Assembly (NCBI RefSeq): GCF_964213995.1
Contig: NW_027590164.1
Coordinates: forward strand, 1 to 64,000
DNA: 64,000 bases
Direction: 5' to 3'
Source of the DNA: Mustelus asterias
Taxonomy: Eukaryota
Made by a program: the position numbers and the translations under genes. The notes beneath the pieces were generated by a model that had not been told where the DNA came from, did no database searches, and saw only the letters and a list, made by a program, of their open reading frames with translations. Of this stretch, positions 9,857 through 21,435 are shown in pieces; the stretch's first letter is position 1; each line of letters opens with the position of its first letter.

Positions 9857-12800
9857 TTACACGGTGGCCTTTCCCCATTGTGCCTTGGCGGCGGCTGCCC
9901 CAAGCTTGAGCGCGTCCCTGAGCACAGAGTCCTGGACCTTGGAATGTGCCAGTCTGCAACACTCGGTCGAGGACAATTCTTTCAGCTGGAAGATCAGCAA
10001 GTTTCGGGCGCACCAAAGCACGTCCTCCACCGAGTTGATGACCCTCCAGCAGCAGTTGATATTTGTCTCGGTGTGCGTCCCCGGAAACAGCCCGTAGAGC
10101 ACAGAGTCCTGCGTCACCGAGCTGCCCGGGACGAACCGCGACAAATACCACTGCACCTCACTCCAGACCTTCTTTGCAAAGGCACATTCCACAAGGAGGT
10201 GTGCGACCGTCTCATCACCCCCGCAGCCGCTTCGAGAGCAGAGTGCGGTGAGGTTGAGACCCCGGGCGTGCATAAAGGATCTGACGGGGAGTGCCCTTCT
10301 CACCACCAGCCAAGCCAGGTCTTGGTGCTTGTTTGTGAGTTCTGGTGATGAGGCATTCTGCCAAATGACATTGACAGTCCGCTCAGGGAACCATCCGACA
10401 GGATCTGCCATCTCCTTTTCTCTCAGGGCCTCAAGGACATTACGTGCTGACCACTGCTTGATAGCCATGTGGTCAAAGGTGTGTTTCCGGAAGAATTTCT
10501 CCACGAAGGACAGGTGCTGCGGTACGGTCCAACTACTTGGAGCGTTCCGCGGCAATGTGGCCAGACCCATCCTCCGCAACACTTGGGACAGGTAGAACCT
10601 CAAAAAATAGTAGCACTTGCTGTTACTGTACCGAGGATCTACACACAGCTTGATGCAGCTGCACACAAAGGTGGCCATCAGGATGAGGGTGGCGTTGGGA
10701 ACGTTTTTCCCTTCATTCTCTGGAGATTTGTGCATCGCCTCCCTCCGGACACGATCCATCTTTGATCTCCAGATGAACTTAAAGATGGCCCGGGTCACTG
10801 CTGTTGCGCAGGACTTGGGGAGAGGCCACACCTGCGCCACGTACAACAACACGGACAGAACCTCGCATTGGATCACAAGGTTCTTCCCAGTGATGGAGAG
10901 GGAGCGTTGCTCCCACAATCCCAATTTTTGTCTGGCTTTGGCGATGCGCTCCTCCCAGTTTTTGGCGCATGCCCCTGCTGCTCCGAACCATATCCCCAGC
11001 ACCTTGAGGTAGTCTGCCCTAACGGTGAAGGGGGTAAAGGATGTGTCAGGCCAGTTCCCAAAGAACATGGCCTCACTCTTACCCTGGTTGACTTTGGCCC
11101 CCGAGGCCAGCTCGAACTGCTCACAGACTCGAAGAAGCCTGCGAACAGACGAGGGGTCCGAGCAGAAAACAGCCACGTCATCCATGTAGAGGGAGGCTTT
11201 AACTTGCGTCCCTCCGCTGCCTGGGATTGTAACCCCTTTGATGCCTGGGTCGCTTCTGAGGGCCTCGGCAAAGGGTTCAATGCAACACACAAAAAGGACG
11301 GAGGAGAGAGGGCAGCCCTGCCTGACTCCAGACCTGATTTGAAACATATCTGATTCCCACCCATTGATTGAAACTGCGCTACTGATGTCTGTGTAGAGCA
11401 GTTGGATCCAAATGCGGATTCCCTCCCCAAAGCCCATTTTGGAGAGCACATCCATCATGTAGCTGTGCGATATTCTGTCAAACGCCTTCTCCTGGTCTAG
11501 ACTGATGAGGCAGGTGTCCACCTGCCTGTCCTGCACGTTCGGCGATCGTATCCCTGAGTAGCGCGAGGCTATCAGAGATCTTCCTGCCGGGTACAGCACA
11601 GGTTTGATCAGGATGGATCACTGACCCCAGAGCAGACTTGACCCGGTTGGCGATGACCTTGGCCAGAATCTTGTAATCCACATTCAATAGTGAAATAGGT
11701 CTCCAATTTCTAATTTCTTCCCATTCCCCCTTCTGCTTGTAGATGAGGGTAATGATGCCTTTCCTCATGGATTCTGACATGCTGCCTTCCAGAAGCATAC
11801 TCTCGTATACTTCCAGGAGGTCCGGGCCCGTCAAGTCCCACAACGCCGAGTAAAACTCAGCCGGTAAGCCGTCGCTACCGGGAGTTTTACCCTTCTGAAG
11901 GGACTCGATGCCCTTTGTCAGCTCATCCAGAGCTACCGGTCTGTCCAGGCTCTCCCGCTCGCCGTCGTCCATGACTTGCGTGATGGACGACAGGAAAGAC
12001 TGGGAGGCCGTGCTGTCTGTTGGCTTCAGGTCATACAGTCCGGCATAGAAGGATTTGCAGATCCTCAGAATGTCAGACTGCGATGACCCTACAGAGCCAT
12101 CTTCTTCCTTCAGGCTTGTGATCACAGAGGATTCTCTGTGCACCTTCTGGAAGAAGAAGCGCGAGCACGTTTCGTCCTGCTCCACGGAGCGGACCCTGGA
12201 CCGGAAGATAACCTTGGAGGCCTCCGAGGCAAAGAGCGAGGCTTGCTGGCTCTTCACCTCCCGGAGGTCCTCCTTGACATCCACCCCCATCGACTGCAGT
12301 TGGAGTAGCTCCTGCATGCTTTTCTGGAGTCGGGACATTTCCCCCCGTCTCTCCCTGGCCTTCTGAACCCCTTTTCGGATGAAGAACCTCTTGATGTTGC
12401 CCTTGATGGTTTCCCACCAGAGCGATGGAGACTCAAAGAAGGGTTTCACGGTTCTCCAACCGTGGTAAACCCTCTTGAGTTCCTCGAGGTTCTCTGGGGT
12501 CAACAGTTCTACATTAAGCTTCCAGGACCCCCTGCCCACTTTCTGGTTTTCCTCCAGCTGACAGTCTGCCAGCAGGAGGCAGTGGTCAGAGAAGAACACC
12601 GGCTTGACGTCGGTGGACCTGACCGTGAGCGCGCGGGATGCAAACATGAAGTCGATCCTGGAGCGGACAGACCCGTCTGGCCGCGACCACGTGTATCTAC
12701 GCTGCCCTCCGTCTGCTGGTTTGCTGAAGACGTCGAGCAGCTTGGCATCTTTGACTGTTTCCAGCAGGGCTCTGGATGTAGCGTCCAGTTTACTCTCGGC

Positions 12801-13266
12801 CCTGTTGGACCGGCCGGCCTTGTCAATGATGCAGTTAAAGTCCCCACCCAGTATGATTGGCCTGGAGGTGGTGAGTAGCAGTGGCAGCTGTTCGAAGAGT
12901 GCCAGCCGCTCGGTCTTGACGGCAGGGGCATACACATTGATCAGCCTGAGAGGGCAGTTTTTGTACGTGACATCTGCTACGAGGAGGCGTCCTCCCACCA
13001 CGTCCTTAACTTCGGAGATGGTGAAGTTGCCCCCCCCGCAGCAGAATGCCTAGGCCGGATGAACGGCAGTCGTTCCCACCTGACCAGATGGACGGTCCGT
13101 GGGACCACACACTCGACCAGCGCCTGTAGTTGCTGAGGTGTGGTATTCCACACTCCTGCAGGAACAGCAGGTCGGCCTTGACCTTGGCCAGGTAGGACAA
13201 GCTGGCCGCACATCTCAGGCTGTCTTTAACACTGCAAACATTTAAGGATGCAAACTTTAAAGACAT
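9857..13266 (-). pseudogene. Tx1 ORF2 (APE endonuclease, RT, Cys/His finger), split by two frameshifts (~13035 in a C-run, and ~11540)
   Basis: ASLNV, FLQE, GGDFN, RIDF, SDH (APE); NWRPISLLNVDYKI, LDQEKAFD, GVRQGCPLS, YMDD (RT); CSRSGC..ETVAHLLVEC. Confidence 0.92.
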
Positions 13267-13634
13267 TTTAATGTTTAAGAGGTTTGTCAGTTCTTACGTG
13301 TCCTTCAGTCAGCCTCCTCCAGGTGCTGCATTCCTGTGGCGCTGACGAAATTCTGCAGGGCTGCAGGGCTGAGGTAGCAGTCCGACCCTGCGTCAGGGCC
13401 CCGACCACGACTGGGTGACATGGTCGGTGTCGTGTAGCCCTCGGTTGGTGCTGGGCTTGCGGCCCGGTCTCCGCCTTGGGCGTTGTCGGTGTCCTCGTTC
13501 CTGCTGTCCGGGGCTTCGGGGGCCTCGGCCGCACTGCTGCATCCGTCGGCTGGATGGTCCCCGGCTGCTTTGTGGCCGTTGGTCCGAGTCCATTGTGGTT
13601 CCCGTGCCGCTTTCCTAATGCGCCGTTTGAGGCT

Positions 13635-14684
13635 TTATCGGTTGCCCGCTTTCTTTTCCTCGTCTGAGGAGACGTCGCCACTGGAGACCCTAGCTGCGCA
13701 GGATTTCCTTTTCTGGGTTCTTTTCTTTTTCTTTACCACCTGCCAGGGGCCCTCGGGATCTCCGTTCTCCTGCTCCATGTCCTCTGCGCCCTCTGCTGGT
13801 GGTGGTGTGGATGTGTCATCATCCTGCTGCACTCGGGGGTCCACCTTTGCTTCAGAAGCTTTCTCCGTGCCAGGATCTTTTGCGGTGGGCTTCTTGTTCC
13901 CTGAGGCGGCAGGAGCACTCGCCTTCCTCGCTCCGCCTCCGGTGATCTGGGCGTACGTGACCTTCCGCTTGGGGCAGACTCTGTATACATGGCCAGTCTC
14001 CCCACACAGGTTGCAACTTTTGCTTTCTTTGCACTCGTCGGTCGAGTGCCCCTCCTTCAGGCAGTTTCTGCATACCGTGACGGTGCAGCTCGCGGCAAAA
14101 TGGCCGGTTTTGCCACAGTTGCGGCACAGTCGTGGCTGGCCCCTGTAGTACAGGAAGCCTCGATTCCCTCCGATGGTAAAATTGGAGGTCGGGTGCAGAA
14201 GGCCTCCCTTGGGGTCGGTCTTCAGGGTGACTCTCACTTGCCTATTACAGGTCCATATTCCATACTGGTCCATGACGTCCACGCTCTCTCCCTTCACCTC
14301 CACGTACCTGGAGAGGAACGTCAGCACATCAGCCGCAGGGACGAAGTGGTTATACATATGAAATGTGATAACCCGGTTCCGCTGGGACGGCATGGTGAAC
14401 AGGGGCTCCGCCGTCAGGATAGAGAGGGGCCCCTCTTTGCCTTTCTCCTTCACCGCTGTCAGGAGCTTGAGGCATCCTGACAGGCTCCTGAAGCTGACAT
14501 CCACGTGCGGCGGCTTGCTGTACTCAGCCACACCGTAGACGTCTGCTGCTTGGAATCCGCAGCACTCGAACAATACCTTCTTCACGAGGTAGTCGCGGCC
14601 CACAGGCGAGCCTCCTCCCGAAGCCTTCACCCGGATGGTGTTGGGCTGCCTTTGGCCTGTAGCTTTCAGAGCAGCTGCAGCCAT
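13635..14684 (-). CDS. Tx1 ORF1, gag-like protein with three CCHC zinc knuckles (C-terminus probably frameshifted, continuing to ~13268)
   Basis: CRNCGKTGHFAASC, CRNCLKEGHSTDEC, CNLCGETGHVYRVC; lies directly upstream of ORF2. Confidence 0.85.
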   Translation of the reverse strand: MAAAALKATGQRQPNTIRVKASGGGSPVGRDYLVKKVLFECCGFQAADVYGVAEYSKPPHVDVSFRSLSGCLKLLTAVKEKGKEGPLSILTAEPLFTMPSQRNRVITFHMYNHFVPAADVLTFLSRYVEVKGESVDVMDQYGIWTCNRQVRVTLKTDPKGGLLHPTSNFTIGGNRGFLYYRGQPRLCRNCGKTGHFAASCTVTVCRNCLKEGHSTDECKESKSCNLCGETGHVYRVCPKRKVTYAQITGGGARKASAPAASGNKKPTAKDPGTEKASEAKVDPRVQQDDDTSTPPPAEGAEDMEQENGDPEGPWQVVKKKKRTQKRKSCAARVSSGDVSSDEEKKAGNR

Positions 14685-14877
14685 AGCTCGATAACACTGA
14701 GTCTTGCTGTACCGGCGTTAGGTCCAAGCCAGAGGCTTGAAACCAGCATAAAGATCCACCAGTAGCAGCAGAGCTCAAGTGTTGTAGACGGTCGTCTGCC
14801 GGTCGTCTGACGCCTGCTTCTTCAATCCACAATCCCCATCGAAACTCGATAGCTCCTTGCGAAATCCGAGCCCTTGG

Positions 14878-14909
14878 CACTTGATCTTAGCCAAAAGGCC
14901 AAGCAGCAT
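14878..14909 (-). ncRNA. U2 snRNA 5' fragment (nt ~1-33), not a full gene
   Basis: Minus strand reads ATGCTGCTTGGCCTTTTGGCTAAGATCAAGTG versus U2 ATCGCTTCTCGGCCTTTTGGCTAAGATCAAGTG (23-nt exact match). Confidence 0.9.
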
Positions 14910-14919
14910 GTGCATTCAA

Positions 14920-15390
14920 TTTTGATTTGATTTATTGTCAAATGTATTGGGATCCACTGAAAAGTATTGTTTCTTGCACGCTATACAGACAAAGCATACC
15001 TTTCATGGAGTACATGGGGAGAAGGAAAGGATAGGGTGCAGGTACAGGTAGGGTGAAGAGAAAGATCAGCTTAATATATGATAGGACCATTCAAACATGA
15101 CAGTAAGGAAGAAGTTGTTCTTGAGTCGTTTGGTACATGTTTTCAGACTTTTGCATAAATTTACTGAGAAGGTGGTGGTAAGCTGCCTTCCTTCAGTCCA
15201 TGTGTTATAGGTACACCCATAGTGCTGTTAGGGAGGGAATTACAGGATTTTGATCCAGTGACAATGAAGGAACGGTGATGTATTTCCAAGTTAGGAAGGT
15301 GTGTGGCTAGGAGGGGAATTTCCAGCAGGTGGTGTTCCCATCTGTCTGCTGTCCTTGTCCTTCTAGATGATGGTGGTTGTGTGTGTGGGA
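14920..15390 (-). mobile_element. Decayed LINE 3' fragments
   Basis: 'tttgatttgatttattgtca' tail; 15170-15390 matches 43670-43890. Confidence 0.55.
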
Positions 15391-15789
15391 AGAGATTGAC
15401 TCAGTCTTTTATCAGCTTTGTTTGTGGGAATACATTTGTTGACAACGGATCCACTGCTTTTCGGTATTTTCCTAATCCACCACAATCCAGTTGCGTCCTC
15501 ATAACTTCACGGTTACTTCTGTTAGGATTTAAGACTCCTGTTTCAGATTGAGTAACATTGTTTTCAAACTTAGTGTAAAATTCTATTATAAATTTATTAT
15601 ATATTTCGCTCTCAGCCAACCTCACTAAAAACAGATCACCTCTGATCAGCATCACATTTCTGTCTGCGCATCGAGGTACCCTGAGGTTGTGAAAGGCACT
15701 ATATAAATGAAAATTCTTCCAACTGCAGCCCAGTTGCTGTGGTTATCAGCAACAGCATCAAGACTCCCCTGTTTTATAATGAACAAGGT

Positions 15790-16536
<747 letters not shown>

Positions 16537-16849
16537 TCAGTCCTGAATCGAGTGACTCGGTTAGATTGATGTGATGTCTAGTCTGAGCTTCCTGTCCATT
16601 TAACCATTTATATCAGTAATTACTGTAAAGAAAAAAGGACAAATTCAGGGTGGACAGTTTTATAACTTTACATTTTTATTCCCCTAAATCCAGCTCTCTT
16701 CTTTGTTGAAATGAGTCTCTCTCACAATACTTCTGTCCTGTTCAAATGACAACTGCATAGAGGGACAGTGTCCCTTTAAATATGCAGATCACCTGCCAGC
16801 ACCACACATGCTCAGTTGGCTCAGGCCAATGGGACTGGCGCAGTGCCTC

Positions 16850-17775
16850 CACACTGGGCTGCTGGGTAAGGAGCTACAGCAGATGAGCTGGGGTGGGGTC
16901 AGGTGACGTTACGGGGATTGAAATATCTGGTATTAGTGATGGTGTGGATATGTGGTCAGAAACTCATCTTGGGGTCAAATCTGACATGGAGATTGTGAAG
17001 AGTGTGATTCAGCTTCAGACAGCTCCCAGGGAGAGGGATGGACTTGGCAGTTCGGGAACAGAATTTGTAACGGTGACTGAAGACAATGACTTTGGTCTTC
17101 CCAATTTTTAATTGGAGGAAATTTCTGTTCATCCAGTACTGAATGTGGGATAAGCAGTTTGATAATTTAGTAACAGTGGAGGAATGGAGAGGGATGGGTA
17201 GAGCTGGGTGTTGTCAGTGTAGATGGGAAAACTAACACGGTGCTTTTGGATGATGTCATTCAGTGGCAGCATGTGGATGAGAAATAGGAGGGGCCAAGGA
17301 TAGATCCTTGGGGCTCACCGAGTTCAGGGGCTTTGGAGAGGAAAGGGAGATTGGAGATGGGGCAATAGTTGGCAAAGACTGGGATTGAGTGTTTTTTTCA
17401 GGGTGGGTGATTTCAGAGGATTCAAAAGTGAGGGGGACAGTACCAGGGAAAAGAGAGAACCATTAACAATATCACCAAATGTGGGGAAGTTGGATGATCA
17501 GCAATTTAGTGAGAATAGGGTCGATGGAGAACGGGGTGGGTCTCATGGACAAGATAAACATGGAGCGGGCACGAGGGGAGATAGGAGAGAAACTGGAGAA
17601 AGATGTCTGTTCTGGGCTTGGTCAAGAGGGAACTTTAGACATGGTTTGTCCCAGTAGGTGCGTGGAAGGGAGGGATACAGCAGCGGCAGCTGATCGAATT
17701 ATCTCAATCTTAGTAACAAAGAAGCTTCATGAACTCCTCACACTTGTTGGAGGTGAGAATGGAGGAGATGGGCGA
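16850..17775 (-). mobile_element. L2 LINE fragments
   Basis: Reverse complement matches the decayed LINE at 46140-48200 (e.g. 'gtcagatttgaccccaagatgagtttctgaccacatatcc'). Confidence 0.65.
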
Positions 17776-17909
17776 GAAAGAGACCTTCAGAAGGAACTAA
17801 CTAATGTTTGAGGTGTTAAAAGATTCAACATAATGTGCGAACACAATGTTGACTTATTTAACTTTTATCCAGAGTATTAGCCCATGTAACTGGGTTGAAG
17901 TTTACCAAC

Positions 17910-18015
17910 TAAGCTTTGACAAAGGGTCATCTGGACTTGAAACGTCAGCTCTTTTCTCTCTTTAAAGATGCTGCCAGACCTGCTGAGATTTTCCAGCATT
18001 TTCTCTTTTGGTTTG
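17910..18015 (+). mobile_element. Penelope-like pLTR fragment with hammerhead-like motif, in the ZNF-C 3'UTR
   Basis: agct-ttgacaa-agggtc-atctg-gactt-gaaacgtc-agct. Confidence 0.6.
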
Positions 18016-18099
18016 AAGTTTACCAACATGAACAGAAACAGACCCCAATGAACATGGATCAGTCCTGACCTTATTAACACTAAAATCTAATCACCTTAG

Positions 18100-19129
18100 T
18101 TACCTATGAACTCGCTGGTGTGTCAGCAGGGGGGATGACTGAGTGAATCCCTTCCCACACTGGGAGCAGGTGAATGGTTTCTCCCCAGTGTGAACTCGCT
18201 GATGTACAGTGAGATCAGATGATGTCTTGAACCCAGCGTCACAGTGAGAGCACCTGAATGGTTTCTCGTCGGTGTGGACACGTCGATGGCGCATCAGTTC
18301 CCTGGAACTTTTAAAACACTTCTCACAAGTCTGGGCATATAAAAGGTCTCTCCTCAGTGTGAACTCGTTGATGGTGGAGCAGTTGCCGGGAACTTTTGTC
18401 GCACTTCCTGCAGTCTGGACATTGAAATGGTCTCTTCTCATTGTGAACACTCTGGTGATTCAGCAGAGTGGATAACTGAGTGAATCCCTTCCCACACTCA
18501 GAACAGGTGAAAGGTCTCTCCCCAGTGTGAATTCTCTGGTGTATCCGCAGGTTAGATGACCGACTGAACCCATTCCCACACACAGAGCAGGTGAATGTCC
18601 TCTCCCCGGTGTGACTACACTGGTGCTCAGTGAGTTGAGATGATTGTTTGAACCCAGTCCCACAATGAGAGCATCTGAATGGCCTCTCGTCACTGTGAGC
18701 ACGTTGATGGAGTATCAGGTCCCGGGAACTTTTATAGCACTTTGCACAGTCTGGACATTTAAATGGTCTCTCGTCAGTGTGAACTCGCTGTTGCGCCATC
18801 AAGTCAGAGGACCGAGCGAATCCTTTCCCACACTCTGAGCAAGTGAATGGTCTCTTCCCAGTGTGAACTCGCTGGTGTCTCAGCAGGTTGCCTGACTGAG
18901 CGAATCCCTTCCCACAGTTGGAACAATTGAAAGGTCTCTCTCCAGTGTGAACTCGCTGGTGTTGCAGCAGGCTGGATGAGCGAGAGAATCCCTTCCCACA
19001 CTTGGAGCAAGTGAATGACCTCTCCCCGGTGTGTCTGGGCCAATGTGTTTCCAGTTCAGGTGGGGAAATGAATCCCTCCCCACATTCCCAGCATTTCTCC
19101 CCACTGTGAACGGTGCTTTTTCCTTCCAT
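18100..19129 (-). pseudogene. C2H2 ZNF-C, 12 finger units, +1 frameshift at ~18329 (pseudogene or 9-finger truncated allele); paralog of ZNF-F
   Basis: ORFs 18323..19135 and 18100..18450 join across 'CPDL*/TCEKCFK'; starts [12 protein letters not shown]; acceptor at 19239-19240. Confidence 0.82.
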
Positions 19130-19825
19130 GTTCAAAATTCACAAATATTCAGCTGACAATAAATTGGGTGACTCCATCTGATCCTGATGGGATGTTTGGT
19201 TTGAGTTTTCTGATTGGAAATCCTCCACTTCAGATGATCTGAAATTGATTTTAAACAGAAAAAAGGGGATGAGAAAGAACTCACAAAAGGCAGGTTGTGA
19301 AATTGAGCTGAATTAATCTGGTCATTTATGGGGCTGGCACAAGGAAAAAGTGACTATGAAACCTGTTTGATCCTTTGTCAGAAGTGAAATGGTCACTAAT
19401 GTCCTTCAGGGAAGAAAGCCTGCCTCTGGTCTGAGTCTACACAAGGTTCTGGCCTCTGCAAGAACACAAGAAATAGGAGCAGGAGGAGGCCATTCAGCCT
19501 GTCGAGGCTGCTCTGCCTTTCAACCACATGTCATCATCATATTGAATGATGTAGCACCCTGGGCCAGAGAAACCTATGTTACAAGAGAGACAGAGAGAAA
19601 AACAGAGGGAAAGTAGCAAGAGACAGGGGCAAATGGGAGGCATTCTCTCGACCTAGAACTGAACCACAATCTCCTAAGCCCTCAACCTCCACCACCTGGA
19701 TGGACCAGGGCAGCAAGAGTATGTGGACACCATCACCTGCAAGTTCCCCTCCAAGCTACATAGCATCCGAACTTGTCTGAAATCCTAGGTTCGATAAGCA
19801 GAAATGTCCCCCATTTAAATACTAA

Positions 19826-20107
19826 AGTTAAAGCTAAAGTTTATTTATTCGTCATAAGTAGGCTTTCATCAACACTACAATGGAGTTACTGTGAAATTCC
19901 CCTAGTCGCCACACTCCGGCACCTGTTCGGATCAATGCAGCTAACCAGCATGTCTTTGAGACTGTGGGAGGAAACCGGAGCACTCGGAGGAAACCCACGC
20001 AGGCACGGGGAGAACATGCAAGCTCCACGCAGACAGTGACCCAAGCCGGGAATCGAACCCAGGTGCCTGACGCTGTGAGGTGGCAGTGCGAACCACTGTG
20101 CCACCCA
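19826..20107 (-). mobile_element. tRNA-derived V-SINE (variant tail)
   Basis: A/B-box head 'gtggcacagtggttcgcactgc...gggttcgattccc' and V-domain 'gggtttcctccg'. Confidence 0.85.
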
Positions 20108-20689
20108 TGGCACATATATTGACAAATGCTGATCTACAAACAAATGCTCACTGAAATACAATGCTTCATTTTAAGATGCACCAAGATTGTAAATGTCTTA
20201 TCCTTGTTTTCCTCCATGGTTGCAATCATCCCAATCTCTGTAATCTCCTCCAGGCCCACACCCTCTGAGATCTCAGCACTCATCTAATTTTGACCACTTG
20301 AGCATTCCTGATTTTAATCGTTCCATCATTACTGATTTTGCCTATTTCAGAAGCTCTGGAATTTCCTCCTTAAACCTCTCTGATTCGCCACCTTATTTTT
20401 CTCAGTTAAAATTCTCCTTAAAACCTAATATCTCGTCATGTGGCTCAATGTCAATTGTTATTTCATAACCTTTCTCTGAAATGTCTTTAAAAGTTTAATT
20501 CTATTCATGCACAATATAAATCCAAATAATGGTGACTGCCCTGGATATATATCATTGTTCTGCCTCATCAGTAAGAAACTGGAAGTGACAGAGTGAAGCA
20601 GGTTGATGGAGATTCTCACTTGGAGATAATCAAAATTGTTGCCCCCAACAAAGGTGGCGGCGATGGACACATTCTGCTGCTACTGCCCC

Positions 20690-21120
20690 GAACAAAGATG
20701 AGGCCGCGCATGCGCTCTGCTGTTAATGCCCCGATAAAGATAGCGGCCGCTGAACCCAGCTCTGTGAGAAAGCTGCGGCCCCTGCTGCAGGGAGGGGGCA
20801 ACGGTTCACGGGAAACGATGGGATATTTTTCCGCATTTGCGGTTTGTGTAACGTGTTTACGGAACGTATCCAGTCACTCACCTGATCCGTGGTTCCCTTC
20901 GTCTCGCCATTCTCTCCGTTACGGATGGCAGATCCAAAGAAAAAAATCTTGTCTCCGTCGCCATTAACTGGACTGCGCATGCTTCACTCACAGCCAAGCC
21001 CCGCCCCCTCATTCACTCTAATTGCTTGGAGGACCAGCCGCTCCCGATCGGTCCTCCAGCCCCGCCCTCTCTCCCTATTGGCCCCAAGCTGCTGTCAATC
21101 ACTCGCCAGGCAGTGTGAGG
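20690..21120 (-). promoter_or_regulatory. ZNF-C promoter, exon 1 (~20882-20975, donor CAG|GTGAGT) and intronic YY1-like/NRF1 pair
   Basis: Same GC-box/CCAAT/TGATTGACAG module as 6550, 29460 and 38575; GCGCATGCGC at 20705; ATGGCGACGGAGA shared with 38739. Confidence 0.7.
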
Positions 21121-21269
21121 TATCCAGGAGAGGTCAATGTCGGGGGGCGTGGGCGTGTTTAGTGCAATCTGGATTCTCAGCACAGCAGCAGGAAACCTTT
21201 CCTCTTGTTTGGCTGCTCTAAGAAAATCTCCACGCAGTCAGTTCTGGATACAAGGTCTGTTCCACGAGA

Positions 21270-21435
21270 ATCGTAAAATCCCGACAGTGCAGAAGGAGGC
21301 CATTTGGCCCATCAAGTCTGCACCAGGCCCCATCCCCACAACCCCATGCATTCACCTTGCTAGCCACCACCCCTCCCCCCCCTCTCCAAACACCAAAGGG
21401 CAATTTAGCATGGCCAATCCACCGTACCTGCACAG
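21270..21435 (-). mobile_element. HE1 SINE 3' part, abutting the CR1 tail
   Basis: 'cagtgcagaaggaggccatttggccc...gggcaatttagcatggccaatcc'. Confidence 0.75.

Larger units (their letters stand above)
9130..14909 (-). mobile_element. Near full-length Tx1-clade non-LTR retrotransposon (Keno-like) with U2 snRNA-derived 5' head; frameshifted
   Basis: ORF1 with three CCHC knuckles; ORF2 with APE endonuclease, RT and C-terminal zinc finger; AATAAA and an A8 tail ending at 9130; U2 sequence at 14878-14909. Confidence 0.92.

Noticed and set aside
14878-14909. Functional U2 snRNA gene
   Set aside because: Only ~33 nt; no Sm site or 3' stem-loops follow
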